From the NCBI GenBank assembly GCA_036336835.1, contig JAYZFK010000037.1, positions 1-60,642 of the forward strand: a stretch of 60,642 nt of DNA, given 5' to 3'. The position numbers and the translations under genes are program-made. Shown here in pieces: positions 27,939-36,123 of this stretch (the first letter of the stretch is position 1; each line of letters opens with the position of its first letter). Origin of the DNA: Myxococcota bacterium (GTDB taxonomy: Bacteria > Myxococcota_A > UBA9160 > UBA4427). Below the pieces are notes generated by a model. The model ran no database searches, was not told where the DNA came from, and worked only from the letters and a program-made list of their open reading frames with translations.

Positions 27939-29702
27939 ATGAGACCCGCGCCCCTCGAAGGCAAGACGTGCATCGTGACCGGAGCGACTTCCGGCCTGGG
28001 CCGGGCCTGCGCGGAGCAGCTCGCCGGGCTCGGCGCCCGGCTCGAGATCCTCTGCCGCAGCCCACGCAAAGCCGAGCAGGCCCGATCCGAGATCGTGGCC
28101 GCCACCGGCAATGCCGCCGTCGGCGTCGTGATCGCGGACCTCGAGTCCCAGCAGGCGATCCGAGCCGCGGCCAAGGAGCTGCTCGACCGCTGCGAACGGA
28201 TCGACCTCCTGCTCAACAACGCAGGCGTCACCCTGCGCACGCGCGAGACGACGACCGACGGGATCGAGACCGTCTTCGCGGTCAATCACCTCGCGGCCTT
28301 CCTGCTCACCAATCTGCTCGTCGAACGAATCGTCGCCAGCGAGGGCGCGCGCATCGTCGGGGTCGCCTCCGACGCCCACAAGTTCGGCGGCAAGCTCGAC
28401 TTCGACGACCTCCAGCTCGAACGCCGATTCCACTGGACACGGGCCTACGGCCGATCCAAGGGAGCCAACATCCTGTTCACGCAGGAGCTCGCGAGACGTC
28501 TCCAGGGCTCGGGCGTCGCCGTCCACTGCCTCCACCCGGGCTTCGTGCGCAGCAATCTCGGGGCGAATGACGAATTCGGCCGGATCGTCTCGAAATTGCT
28601 CAGCCCGCTCGCGATGAGCTCCGCGCGAGCCGGCCGCTACGTCGTCGACGTCTGCACGCGTCCCGAGTTCGGCGAGAGCACCGGCGGCTACTACTACAAG
28701 GCACGCCCCCATCGGGCAGCGGCCTGGGCGCGCGACGACGCGTCCGCGAGGCGCCTGTGGGCGCTGAGCGAAGCGCTGGTCGGCCTGGACTCCCCGATCC
28801 AGGACCGCTCGACGAGTTACGCCTCCCGCACGACTTTCGATCGAGCGCTGCGCATCGAAGTCGCACCGGGGATCACGCTCGCCGGTGACGCATGGGGCGA
28901 TCCGGGCGCGCAACCGGTCGTGCTGCTGCACGGCGGCGGACAGACCCGGCACGCCTGGAGCGGCACCGGTCGCGCGCTCGCCGAAGCGGGCTGGTACGCC
29001 ATGGCATTCGATCTGCGCGGTCACGGCGACAGCTCGTGGAGCCCGGATGGCCGTTACGGACCCGACTGCTTCGCGGACGACGTCGCGGCGCTGACCCGGC
29101 AGCTCCCAGCGCCGCCGATCCTGGTCGGCGCGTCTCTCGGCGGCGTCGCTTCGCTGATGGCGGTGGACCGCACGGGCGCGGGCTGCGCACGTGCCCTGGT
29201 GCTGGTCGACATTGCGACGCAGATGGAGCCGGAGGGAGTCGAGCGCATCATCGCCTTCATGACCGATGAGCCCGACGGATTCTCGACGCTCGAGGACGCC
29301 GCCGACGCGGTTGCCCGCTACAACCACAACCGCCCACGCCCGAAGGACGTGAGCGGGCTCGCCAAGAACCTGCGACAGGGCGAGGACGGTCGCTGGCGCT
29401 GGCACTGGGATCCGCGCTTCCTGGACGGCAAGGATGAGATCCGGACCACCGATCCCGAACGGCAGATGAACCTCGAGGAGGCGGCGCGGAAGCTCACCCT
29501 GCCCACGCTGCTGGTGCGCGGGCAGCAGAGCGATGTGCTCAGCGAGCAGGGCGCAGGGCAGTTTCTCGCGCTCGCGCCCAGCGCCGAGTATGCGGACATC
29601 TCGGGCGCGGGACACATGGTGGCTGGCGACCGCAACGACGCGTTCTCGGGCGCCGTGCTCGACTTCCTGCGCCGACGCGAACTCGGCCCCGAGCGCGCTT
29701 GA
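27939..29702 (+). CDS. SDR oxidoreductase - alpha/beta hydrolase fusion
   Basis: TGATSGLG, NNAG, YGRSK followed in the same frame without a stop by LLHGGG, GASLGG, GHMV; SD AGGAG. Confidence 0.85.
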   Translation: MRPAPLEGKTCIVTGATSGLGRACAEQLAGLGARLEILCRSPRKAEQARSEIVAATGNAAVGVVIADLESQQAIRAAAKELLDRCERIDLLLNNAGVTLRTRETTTDGIETVFAVNHLAAFLLTNLLVERIVASEGARIVGVASDAHKFGGKLDFDDLQLERRFHWTRAYGRSKGANILFTQELARRLQGSGVAVHCLHPGFVRSNLGANDEFGRIVSKLLSPLAMSSARAGRYVVDVCTRPEFGESTGGYYYKARPHRAAAWARDDASARRLWALSEALVGLDSPIQDRSTSYASRTTFDRALRIEVAPGITLAGDAWGDPGAQPVVLLHGGGQTRHAWSGTGRALAEAGWYAMAFDLRGHGDSSWSPDGRYGPDCFADDVAALTRQLPAPPILVGASLGGVASLMAVDRTGAGCARALVLVDIATQMEPEGVERIIAFMTDEPDGFSTLEDAADAVARYNHNRPRPKDVSGLAKNLRQGEDGRWRWHWDPRFLDGKDEIRTTDPERQMNLEEAARKLTLPTLLVRGQQSDVLSEQGAGQFLALAPSAEYADISGAGHMVAGDRNDAFSGAVLDFLRRRELGPERA

Positions 29703-30328
29703 CCACGCCTGCGCCTCCGTCGGCACGCCGACGCGCACCGGCTGCGGCGCGCAACCGCGAGCCCATCCTGGCGGTCCTGCGACGGGTGCTCCCCGGCTCG
29801 GGCCTGGTGGTCGAGATCGCGAGCGGCAGCGGCGAGCACGCCGTCTACTTCGCACGCGCCCTGCCCCACCTCGAGTTCCAGCCCAGCGACCCCGACGCCG
29901 ACAGCCGCGCGAGCATCGACGCCTGGCGCGAGCACGAAGCGCTGCCCAACCTGCGGCCGGCGCTTGCGCTCGACACCACGGCCGAGAGCTGGCCGATCGA
30001 GGACCCGGCCGCACTGTGCTGCTGCAACATGATCCACATCGCACCGTGGGAGGCCGGGCTCGGTCTGTTGCGCGGCGCGGGGAAAGTCCTCGCCCCAGGC
30101 CACCCGCTGGTGCTCTACGGGCCCTACCGTCGCGCCGGCCGGCACACGGCTCCGAGCAACGAGCGCTTCGACGAGAGCCTGCGGGCGCGCGATCCACGCT
30201 GGGGCGTGCGAGATCTCGACGAGGTGGTACTTGAGGCCCGGAGCTGCGGCCTCGAGCTCGACGAGATCGTCGAGATGCCGGCCAACAACCTGACGGTGAT
30301 CTTGCGACGTAGCTCGAAACGAAGCTAG
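29699..30328 (+). CDS. DUF938 SAM-dependent methyltransferase-like protein
   Basis: APAAARNREPI, EIASGSGEH, NMIHIAPW, LYGPY, MPANN; TTGA overlap with the upstream stop. Confidence 0.9.
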   Translation: MTTPAPPSARRRAPAAARNREPILAVLRRVLPGSGLVVEIASGSGEHAVYFARALPHLEFQPSDPDADSRASIDAWREHEALPNLRPALALDTTAESWPIEDPAALCCCNMIHIAPWEAGLGLLRGAGKVLAPGHPLVLYGPYRRAGRHTAPSNERFDESLRARDPRWGVRDLDEVVLEARSCGLELDEIVEMPANNLTVILRRSSKRS

Positions 30329-31602
30329 CGCTTCGTCGCGAGCAGCGGCGTGGGCTTGCCGAACAGCCAGCCCTGACCGAACGGAATGTTCAGCTCGGCC
30401 AGCGTCTCGAGCTCGGCCAGCGTGTCGAGTCCCTCCGCGATCAGCTGCCCGCCGGTCTTCTCGGCGACCGTCTGGAGCGCGGCAAGCATGGTCTTGCGCA
30501 CCGGATCGACATCGACACCCGACACGAAGGCGCGGTCGACCTTGATGTAATCCGGCGAGAGCTCGATCAGCGTCTCGAGCCCGGCGTAGCCCGCGCCGGT
30601 GTCGTCGAGCGCAAACTGGAAGCCCAGCTCGCGGTACTCGTCGCGCATCTCCTTGAAGCCTTCGAAGTTCGAGATCGATTCCTGCTCAGACACCTCGAAT
30701 ACGACGTCCGATGGGCTCAACTCGCACTCGTGCAACGTCTTGATCAGCCGCTCGGCGCGAAAATTGGGATCGTGGAGTGTGGTGGGACGGATGTTGAGGA
30801 ACAGCTTCGTGCCTCCCGGCAGCCCGACCGCCCCCTTCAATCCGCTGGCCCGACACAGACAGTCCAGCTCGAAGACGAGATTCTCCCGCTCCGCCATGCC
30901 AAACAACGCCAGCGGCGAGTGGAGCTCCGTTCCGACCGGGCCCCGCGCCAACGCCTCGTAGCCGTGAACCGTCTTGCTGGCGACTGCCACGATGGGCTCG
31001 TAGACCGACTCGACCTGGCGATCGAGCACGACGCGAAGGATGCGACGGCGACGCTCCCGGGCCTCGGAACGCGCGTTCAGCTCGGCGTCTCCGCGGGCCT
31101 CCTCGAGGGCCGAACGCACCTGGGTCTCGACCGCGAGCTTCGGATTGCGAAGCGCGGCCGCGACGCCGCTGGCGACGTTGGCGGTCCGGCGGGCGTACGG
31201 GTAGAGCACCTTCGCCCCGCGGCTCTCGACCTGCTTGCGAAAGGCGCGGTCGAAGGCGGGGAGCTCCTCGCGGTAGAAGCGCGCATCGACGTGCTCGCGG
31301 AACACGAGAACCAGGATCTCATCGAATCCGGGCTCGCCGATCACCGCGAGGTCGTCGATGTCGAGCTGCCGCTCGCCGACGCTGCGGGCAATTTCGGCGA
31401 GCCGGCCGAAGACGCTCAGCCGGGCCTCACTGCCCCACTCCTGCTCGATTGCGGCCAGGTCGAGGCAGCGGAGCACGAGCAACCCGAAGGCGCCGTGCTG
31501 CTCGAATCGGGCTTCGATCGCATCGAAACATTCGCCGAATTCCGGAATCACGAAACGGCGAGACGGGCTCGGGGGCAGTAGTGAGAATTCCATTCGAGGC
31601 AT
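30325..31602 (-). CDS. EAL-domain c-di-GMP phosphodiesterase with a degenerate GGDEF-like N-terminus
   Basis: YEALAR, LFLNI, FEVSE, ALDDTGAGY, IKVD, AEG, QGW; start position uncertain. Confidence 0.88.
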   Translation of the reverse strand: MPRMEFSLLPPSPSRRFVIPEFGECFDAIEARFEQHGAFGLLVLRCLDLAAIEQEWGSEARLSVFGRLAEIARSVGERQLDIDDLAVIGEPGFDEILVLVFREHVDARFYREELPAFDRAFRKQVESRGAKVLYPYARRTANVASGVAAALRNPKLAVETQVRSALEEARGDAELNARSEARERRRRILRVVLDRQVESVYEPIVAVASKTVHGYEALARGPVGTELHSPLALFGMAERENLVFELDCLCRASGLKGAVGLPGGTKLFLNIRPTTLHDPNFRAERLIKTLHECELSPSDVVFEVSEQESISNFEGFKEMRDEYRELGFQFALDDTGAGYAGLETLIELSPDYIKVDRAFVSGVDVDPVRKTMLAALQTVAEKTGGQLIAEGLDTLAELETLAELNIPFGQGWLFGKPTPLLATKR

Positions 31603-31726
31603 GCGGGCCGCTCATCGGCACCTCGCCGCGCCTCCATTAGACGCGCAATCCCGGGCGGCCCCACGAGGAGGCGCGGCTTCGTCTCGGGTATGCTGTACAC
31701 CCCAACCCGCTCCCCGGAGGAATCCC

Positions 31727-32545
31727 GTGTCCGACGACCGCATCCAAGTCGAGATCGATTCGGCGGGGGTCGCCGACGTGCGGCTCAGCCGCCCCGACAA
31801 GCTGAACGCCGTCGACGACGCCATGTTTTCCGCCGTGGCCAACGCCGGCCGTGAGCTGGCGAAGGATCGAGCGCTCCGCAGCGTCGTGCTCTCGGGCGAG
31901 GGGCGCGGCTTCTGCGCCGGCCTCGATACCAGCTCGTTCGCCCGCATCGCCGGCGGCGGCGAGACCGACGGACCGACCTTCAACGGGTTCGACATCGAGC
32001 CCGGCGAGGCCGCCAACCGCGCCCAGCAGTTCGCCTGGGTCTGGCACGAGCTGCCGGTGCCGGTGATCGCGGCGGTACACGGCGTCTGCTTCGGCGCCGG
32101 CATCCAGCTGGCGCTGGCCGCCGACATCCGCTTCGTCGCTCCGGACGCAAGGCTCTCGATCATGGAGATGAAGTGGGGCCTCATCCCGGACGTCACGGGA
32201 ACACAGGCGCTTCGCCACCTGCTCCCGCTCGACCTGATCAAGGAGCTCACCTACACCGCGCGCGTCGTTTCGGGCAACGAGGCCGTCTCGCTCGGGCTCG
32301 CGACACACGTCTCGGACTCGCCGCGCGAAGCGGCCTACGAGCTCGCGCGAGAGATCGCCGGCCGCTCGCCGACCGCGGTCCGCGCCGCCAAGCAGCTGCT
32401 CGATACCGCCTCGGTCGTATCACCGGCCGACGGGCTGCGGCTCGAAGCGCAGCTCCAGAGTCAGCTGATCGGAAGCCCGAACCAGATCGAGGCCGTGAAG
32501 GCGAACCTGGCCAAGCGCGATCCCGAGTTCGACGACCCGCAGTAG
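31727..32545 (+). CDS. Enoyl-CoA hydratase/isomerase family protein
   Basis: RPDKLNA, FCAGLD, VHGVCFGAGIQLALAADIR, EMKWGLIPD; GGAGG SD before GTG. Confidence 0.92.
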   Translation: MSDDRIQVEIDSAGVADVRLSRPDKLNAVDDAMFSAVANAGRELAKDRALRSVVLSGEGRGFCAGLDTSSFARIAGGGETDGPTFNGFDIEPGEAANRAQQFAWVWHELPVPVIAAVHGVCFGAGIQLALAADIRFVAPDARLSIMEMKWGLIPDVTGTQALRHLLPLDLIKELTYTARVVSGNEAVSLGLATHVSDSPREAAYELAREIAGRSPTAVRAAKQLLDTASVVSPADGLRLEAQLQSQLIGSPNQIEAVKANLAKRDPEFDDPQ

Positions 32546-32553
32546 CCGCTGCG

Positions 32554-33405
32554 TCAGGGCCCAGGGGCAAGCTCGGCCCGCGGCACGAACAGCCGCTCGC
32601 CGCCGACCTGGAACGCACCGATTGCCGCCTGTCCCGGCTCCGAGACCAGCCAGTCGACCAGGCGTTGGGCGAGCGCGGCCTTCACGTGAGGGTGGCGCTC
32701 CGGGTCCACCACGATCGCACTGTACGGATTCTGGAGCCGGGGATCGCCTTCGACCAGCAGATCGAGGCCGGCGCGGTTCAGGAATGCGAGCCAGGTGCCA
32801 CGGTCGGCCAGGCTGTAGGCCTGCATCGCGGCAGCCGTATTCAAGGTGCCGCCCATCCCGCGGCCGAGCTCGCGATACCAGGTTCCCGATGCGGGCGTGG
32901 GATCGATACCGGCATGCCGCCACTGACGGAGCTCGGCCTTGTGGGTTCCCGAGTCGTCGCCGCGCGAGACGAAGATCGCCTCGTGCTCCGCGATCCTCGC
33001 GAACGCCTGCGCGACATCGCCCATCCCGCGAATACCGGCGGGATCCGTCGTCGGCCCAACCACGACGAAATCGTTCGCCATCACCGACACGCGTTCGATC
33101 CCGTAGCCCTCCGCCACGAAGGCCTCCTCGGACGGCCGGTCGTGCACCAGCAGCAGGTCCGCATCACCGGCGCGCGCAACCCGGAGCGCCTGCCCGGTCC
33201 CGACTGCAACCACCCGCACCTCGATGCCGCTCACCGCGCGAAAGCGCGGCAGCAGGTCGGCGAGCAGCCCCGAGTCCTCGGTGGAAGTCGTCGAGGCGAC
33301 GGTCAGGAAGGGCGTCTCCGCAGCGAGCGGTGCCGCGCCCAGCAGCAACAGCCACAGCACGAGCAACGAGCCGACACTCGCGAGCGCACGGCCAACCCCT
33401 ACCAC
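32554..33405 (-). CDS. tupA: Tungstate ABC transporter substrate-binding protein
   Basis: STTSTEDSGLL, VGTGQAL, SRGDDSGTH, NPYS; signal peptide. Confidence 0.9.
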   Translation of the reverse strand: MVGVGRALASVGSLLVLWLLLLGAAPLAAETPFLTVASTTSTEDSGLLADLLPRFRAVSGIEVRVVAVGTGQALRVARAGDADLLLVHDRPSEEAFVAEGYGIERVSVMANDFVVVGPTTDPAGIRGMGDVAQAFARIAEHEAIFVSRGDDSGTHKAELRQWRHAGIDPTPASGTWYRELGRGMGGTLNTAAAMQAYSLADRGTWLAFLNRAGLDLLVEGDPRLQNPYSAIVVDPERHPHVKAALAQRLVDWLVSEPGQAAIGAFQVGGERLFVPRAELAPGP

Positions 33406-34124
33406 GTGAGTTCTCCTCGCTGGAAGGCCTGGGCTTCGGGCGTTCCAGGCGCCGCGAAGAAATCGGCGGCCGGGGCCCGCTCTTTGAGCAGTCCGAGGTG
33501 GAGGAACAGGACTTCGTCGCCGATCCGGCGGGCCAGCGCCAGATCGTGCGTCGTCATCACGATCGCCGTTCCCGAGGAGCCGATCTCGACAATCAGCTCC
33601 TCGACCCGTCGCGCCGCTGCCGGGTCGAGCGAGGCCGTGGGCTCGTCGAGGAACAGCACCTCCGGTCGCAGGGCCCAGGCCCTAGCGAGCGCGAGACGCT
33701 GCTGCTCGCCCGCCGAGAGCGCTCGGGCGGCGCGATCTCCGATCCGCGCAAGTCCGGTTCTTTCGAGCACGTGCGCGGCGCGGGCTCGCCGCTCGGCCCC
33801 GCGCGAGCCATGCAGCGCGAGCGCGTACTCGACGTTGGCGCGCGCCGAGCGGCGCAGCAGCACCGCGCGATCGAAGACCATCGCCTGGCGACGCCGCAGC
33901 TCCGCGGCGTCCGACGTGCGCCATTCGAGCGTCCCCGACGAGGGCGCCAGCAGGCCGTGGGCCAGGCGAAGCAGCAGGCTCTTGCCGGCCCCGTTGGGCC
34001 CCAGCACGATCGTCCGGCCGCTCCCCTCGAGTTCGAAGTCGATCGGTCCGAGCAGCCGATCGCCGCCGACCTGGTACACCAGCCCGCGCGCCACCAGCGG
34101 CAGGATCGAGGCGCCCGCAGTCAC
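33399..34124 (-). CDS. tupC: Tungstate ABC transporter ATPase
   Basis: GPNGAGKS, LSAGEQQRLALARA, FLDEPT, THD; GTG overlaps the tupB stop. Confidence 0.88.
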   Translation of the reverse strand: MTAGASILPLVARGLVYQVGGDRLLGPIDFELEGSGRTIVLGPNGAGKSLLLRLAHGLLAPSSGTLEWRTSDAAELRRRQAMVFDRAVLLRRSARANVEYALALHGSRGAERRARAAHVLERTGLARIGDRAARALSAGEQQRLALARAWALRPEVLFLDEPTASLDPAAARRVEELIVEIGSSGTAIVMTTHDLALARRIGDEVLFLHLGLLKERAPAADFFAAPGTPEAQAFQRGELTW

Positions 34125-34822
34125 GCCCGCCGCTCCGTCGCGCGCGTCAGCAGCGACACTCCGGCGTTGATCAGCAGCGACAGGAAGAGCAGCACGATGC
34201 CCAGCGCGAGCGCCAGCGCGAGGTCGCCCTTGCGCGTCTCGAGCTGGATCGCGGTCGTCATCACGCGCGTCACGTGCGCGATGTTTCCGCCCACGATGAT
34301 CACGGCTCCGACCTCGGCGACAGCGCGACCGAAGCCGGCGAGGACGGTCGTGAGCAGGCTGTGCCGACCGTCCCACAACAACGTTGGCAAGGCTCGGCCG
34401 GGGGTCGCTCCGAGGGAGCGCAACTGCTCTTCGTATTCGCTCCACAAGTCGGCCACGACCTGGCGACTCAGTGCGGCGACGATCGGCGTGATCAAGACGA
34501 ACTGGGCAATTACCATCGCGCTCGGCGTGAACAGCAATGCGAGCGACGCCAGCGGCCCCTCGCGACTCAGCACCAGATACACCAGTAGTCCCACCACGAC
34601 CGGAGGCAGACCCATCAGGGCGTTCAAGGCGACGACCGCGGCGCCGCGACCGCGGAAACGGTAGACGGCAAGCGCCGCGCCGATCGGCAACCCGACCACG
34701 GACGCGAGCAGCAGCGCCGTCCCGCTCACGCGGAGCGACAGGCCGACGATCTCGAGCAGTCCCGAATCGAGCCCCACCAGCAGGGTCAACGCGGTCGAGA
34801 AGGCCTGGGACAGCTCGTTCAC
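34121..34822 (-). CDS. tupB: Tungstate ABC transporter permease
   Basis: LMGLPPVVVGL, GFGRAVAEVGA..GGNI..TRVMTTAI. Confidence 0.9.
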   Translation of the reverse strand: MNELSQAFSTALTLLVGLDSGLLEIVGLSLRVSGTALLLASVVGLPIGAALAVYRFRGRGAAVVALNALMGLPPVVVGLLVYLVLSREGPLASLALLFTPSAMVIAQFVLITPIVAALSRQVVADLWSEYEEQLRSLGATPGRALPTLLWDGRHSLLTTVLAGFGRAVAEVGAVIIVGGNIAHVTRVMTTAIQLETRKGDLALALALGIVLLFLSLLINAGVSLLTRATERRA

Positions 34823-34834
34823 GGCGGCCCGAGG

Positions 34835-36115
34835 CTACAGCAGCAGATGGGCGGGGGCGCCTAGCAGGCGTACCAGCGCGGTCGTGAAGCGCACAGCCTC
34901 GGCACCGTCGATCACGCGGTGATCGTAGGACAGAGACAGCGGAAGCGTGCGCCGCGGGACGAAGCGCTGCTCGGTCTCGTCCCACACCGGCTTCGTCTCC
35001 GTCCGAGACAGGCCCAGGATGCCGACCTCGGGAGCATTCACGAGCGGTGTAAAGGCCGTGCCGCCGATCCCGCCCAGACTCGAGATACTGAACACGGAGC
35101 CCTCGAGGTGCTCGGGACGCAGCTTCTTCGCGCGCGCGCGCTCGGCCAGCTCGGCGATCTCGGTCGCGATCGCGCGCAAGCCCTTCTGCAGCACATCGCG
35201 AACGACGGGTACGACCAGTCCGAACTCCGTATCGACGGCCACCCCGATGTGGAAGTAGTGCTTCACCACGACCTCCTGGCCGCCCGCCAGCAGTGACGAG
35301 CGCATGCGCGGGAAGTCGCGCAGCGCGATCGCCACCGCCTTGATCGCGAAGATCAGCGGCGAGAGCCGCACGCCCTCCTCCACCAGGCGCTCAGCGTGAT
35401 CGCGGCGGAAGTCCTCGAGCTCCGTGACATCGGCCTCATCGTGCTGGGTAACGTGGGGAACCGTCTCCCACGCGCGCGCGAGGTTGCGGGCACCCAGCTT
35501 GCGGATCCGGTTGAGTGCCACGACCTCGGTCTCGCCATAGCGCGAGAAGTCGACGGCCGGAGGCGCGCTGGCGTCGCGCCGAGCGGTTCCCGAGAGAGCG
35601 GTGCGAACCGCGGCCCTCACGTCCTCCTCGAGGATCCGCCCGTGGGGCCCTGTCCCTTCGGCGCCGGTGAGCTCGAACCCGAGTTCGCGCGCCATCCGTC
35701 GGACACCCGGCCCCGCGTGAGCGAGCGCACCCGACGGCGAGCGAGCCGGCGGCACGGGCGGAGCCTGCGGGGTGAAGCTCGGCTCGGAGACCGTGGGCCG
35801 GAGATCCGCCGACGGCAGGTGCACCGTCTCGGACCCTGCCTGAGCCGCAGGCTCGCGCGCCACCGCCGCGGGTGGCTCGACCTCGAGCACGAGCAGGAGC
35901 GTCCCCTCCTCGACCGAGTCGCCCAGCGACACGGCGACCGATTGCACCACACCAGCCTGCGGAGCCGGAAGCTCGAGCGTCGCCTTGTCGCTCTCGAGTG
36001 TGACGATCGTGTCCTCGAGCTCGACGCGGTCGCCCGGCGCGACCAGCACCTCGATCACCTCGACCTCCTCGGCCTCGCCAACGTCGGGGACGCGGACTTC
36101 TACCTGGTGCGGCAT
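34835..36115 (-). CDS. aceF: Pyruvate dehydrogenase E2 (single lipoyl domain)
   Basis: ESDKA lipoyl motif, HAGPGVRRMARELG, SSLGGIGGTAFTP, SYDHRVIDG. Confidence 0.93.
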   Translation of the reverse strand: MPHQVEVRVPDVGEAEEVEVIEVLVAPGDRVELEDTIVTLESDKATLELPAPQAGVVQSVAVSLGDSVEEGTLLLVLEVEPPAAVAREPAAQAGSETVHLPSADLRPTVSEPSFTPQAPPVPPARSPSGALAHAGPGVRRMARELGFELTGAEGTGPHGRILEEDVRAAVRTALSGTARRDASAPPAVDFSRYGETEVVALNRIRKLGARNLARAWETVPHVTQHDEADVTELEDFRRDHAERLVEEGVRLSPLIFAIKAVAIALRDFPRMRSSLLAGGQEVVVKHYFHIGVAVDTEFGLVVPVVRDVLQKGLRAIATEIAELAERARAKKLRPEHLEGSVFSISSLGGIGGTAFTPLVNAPEVGILGLSRTETKPVWDETEQRFVPRRTLPLSLSYDHRVIDGAEAVRFTTALVRLLGAPAHLLL

Positions 36116-36123
36116 GCGGCGCC

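Noticed and set aside
33399..34985. 528-aa ORF suggesting a long ABC ATPase or fusion
   Set aside because: The upstream part is an off-frame shadow of tupB/aceF; the ATPase starts at GTG 34124, overlapping the tupB stop.
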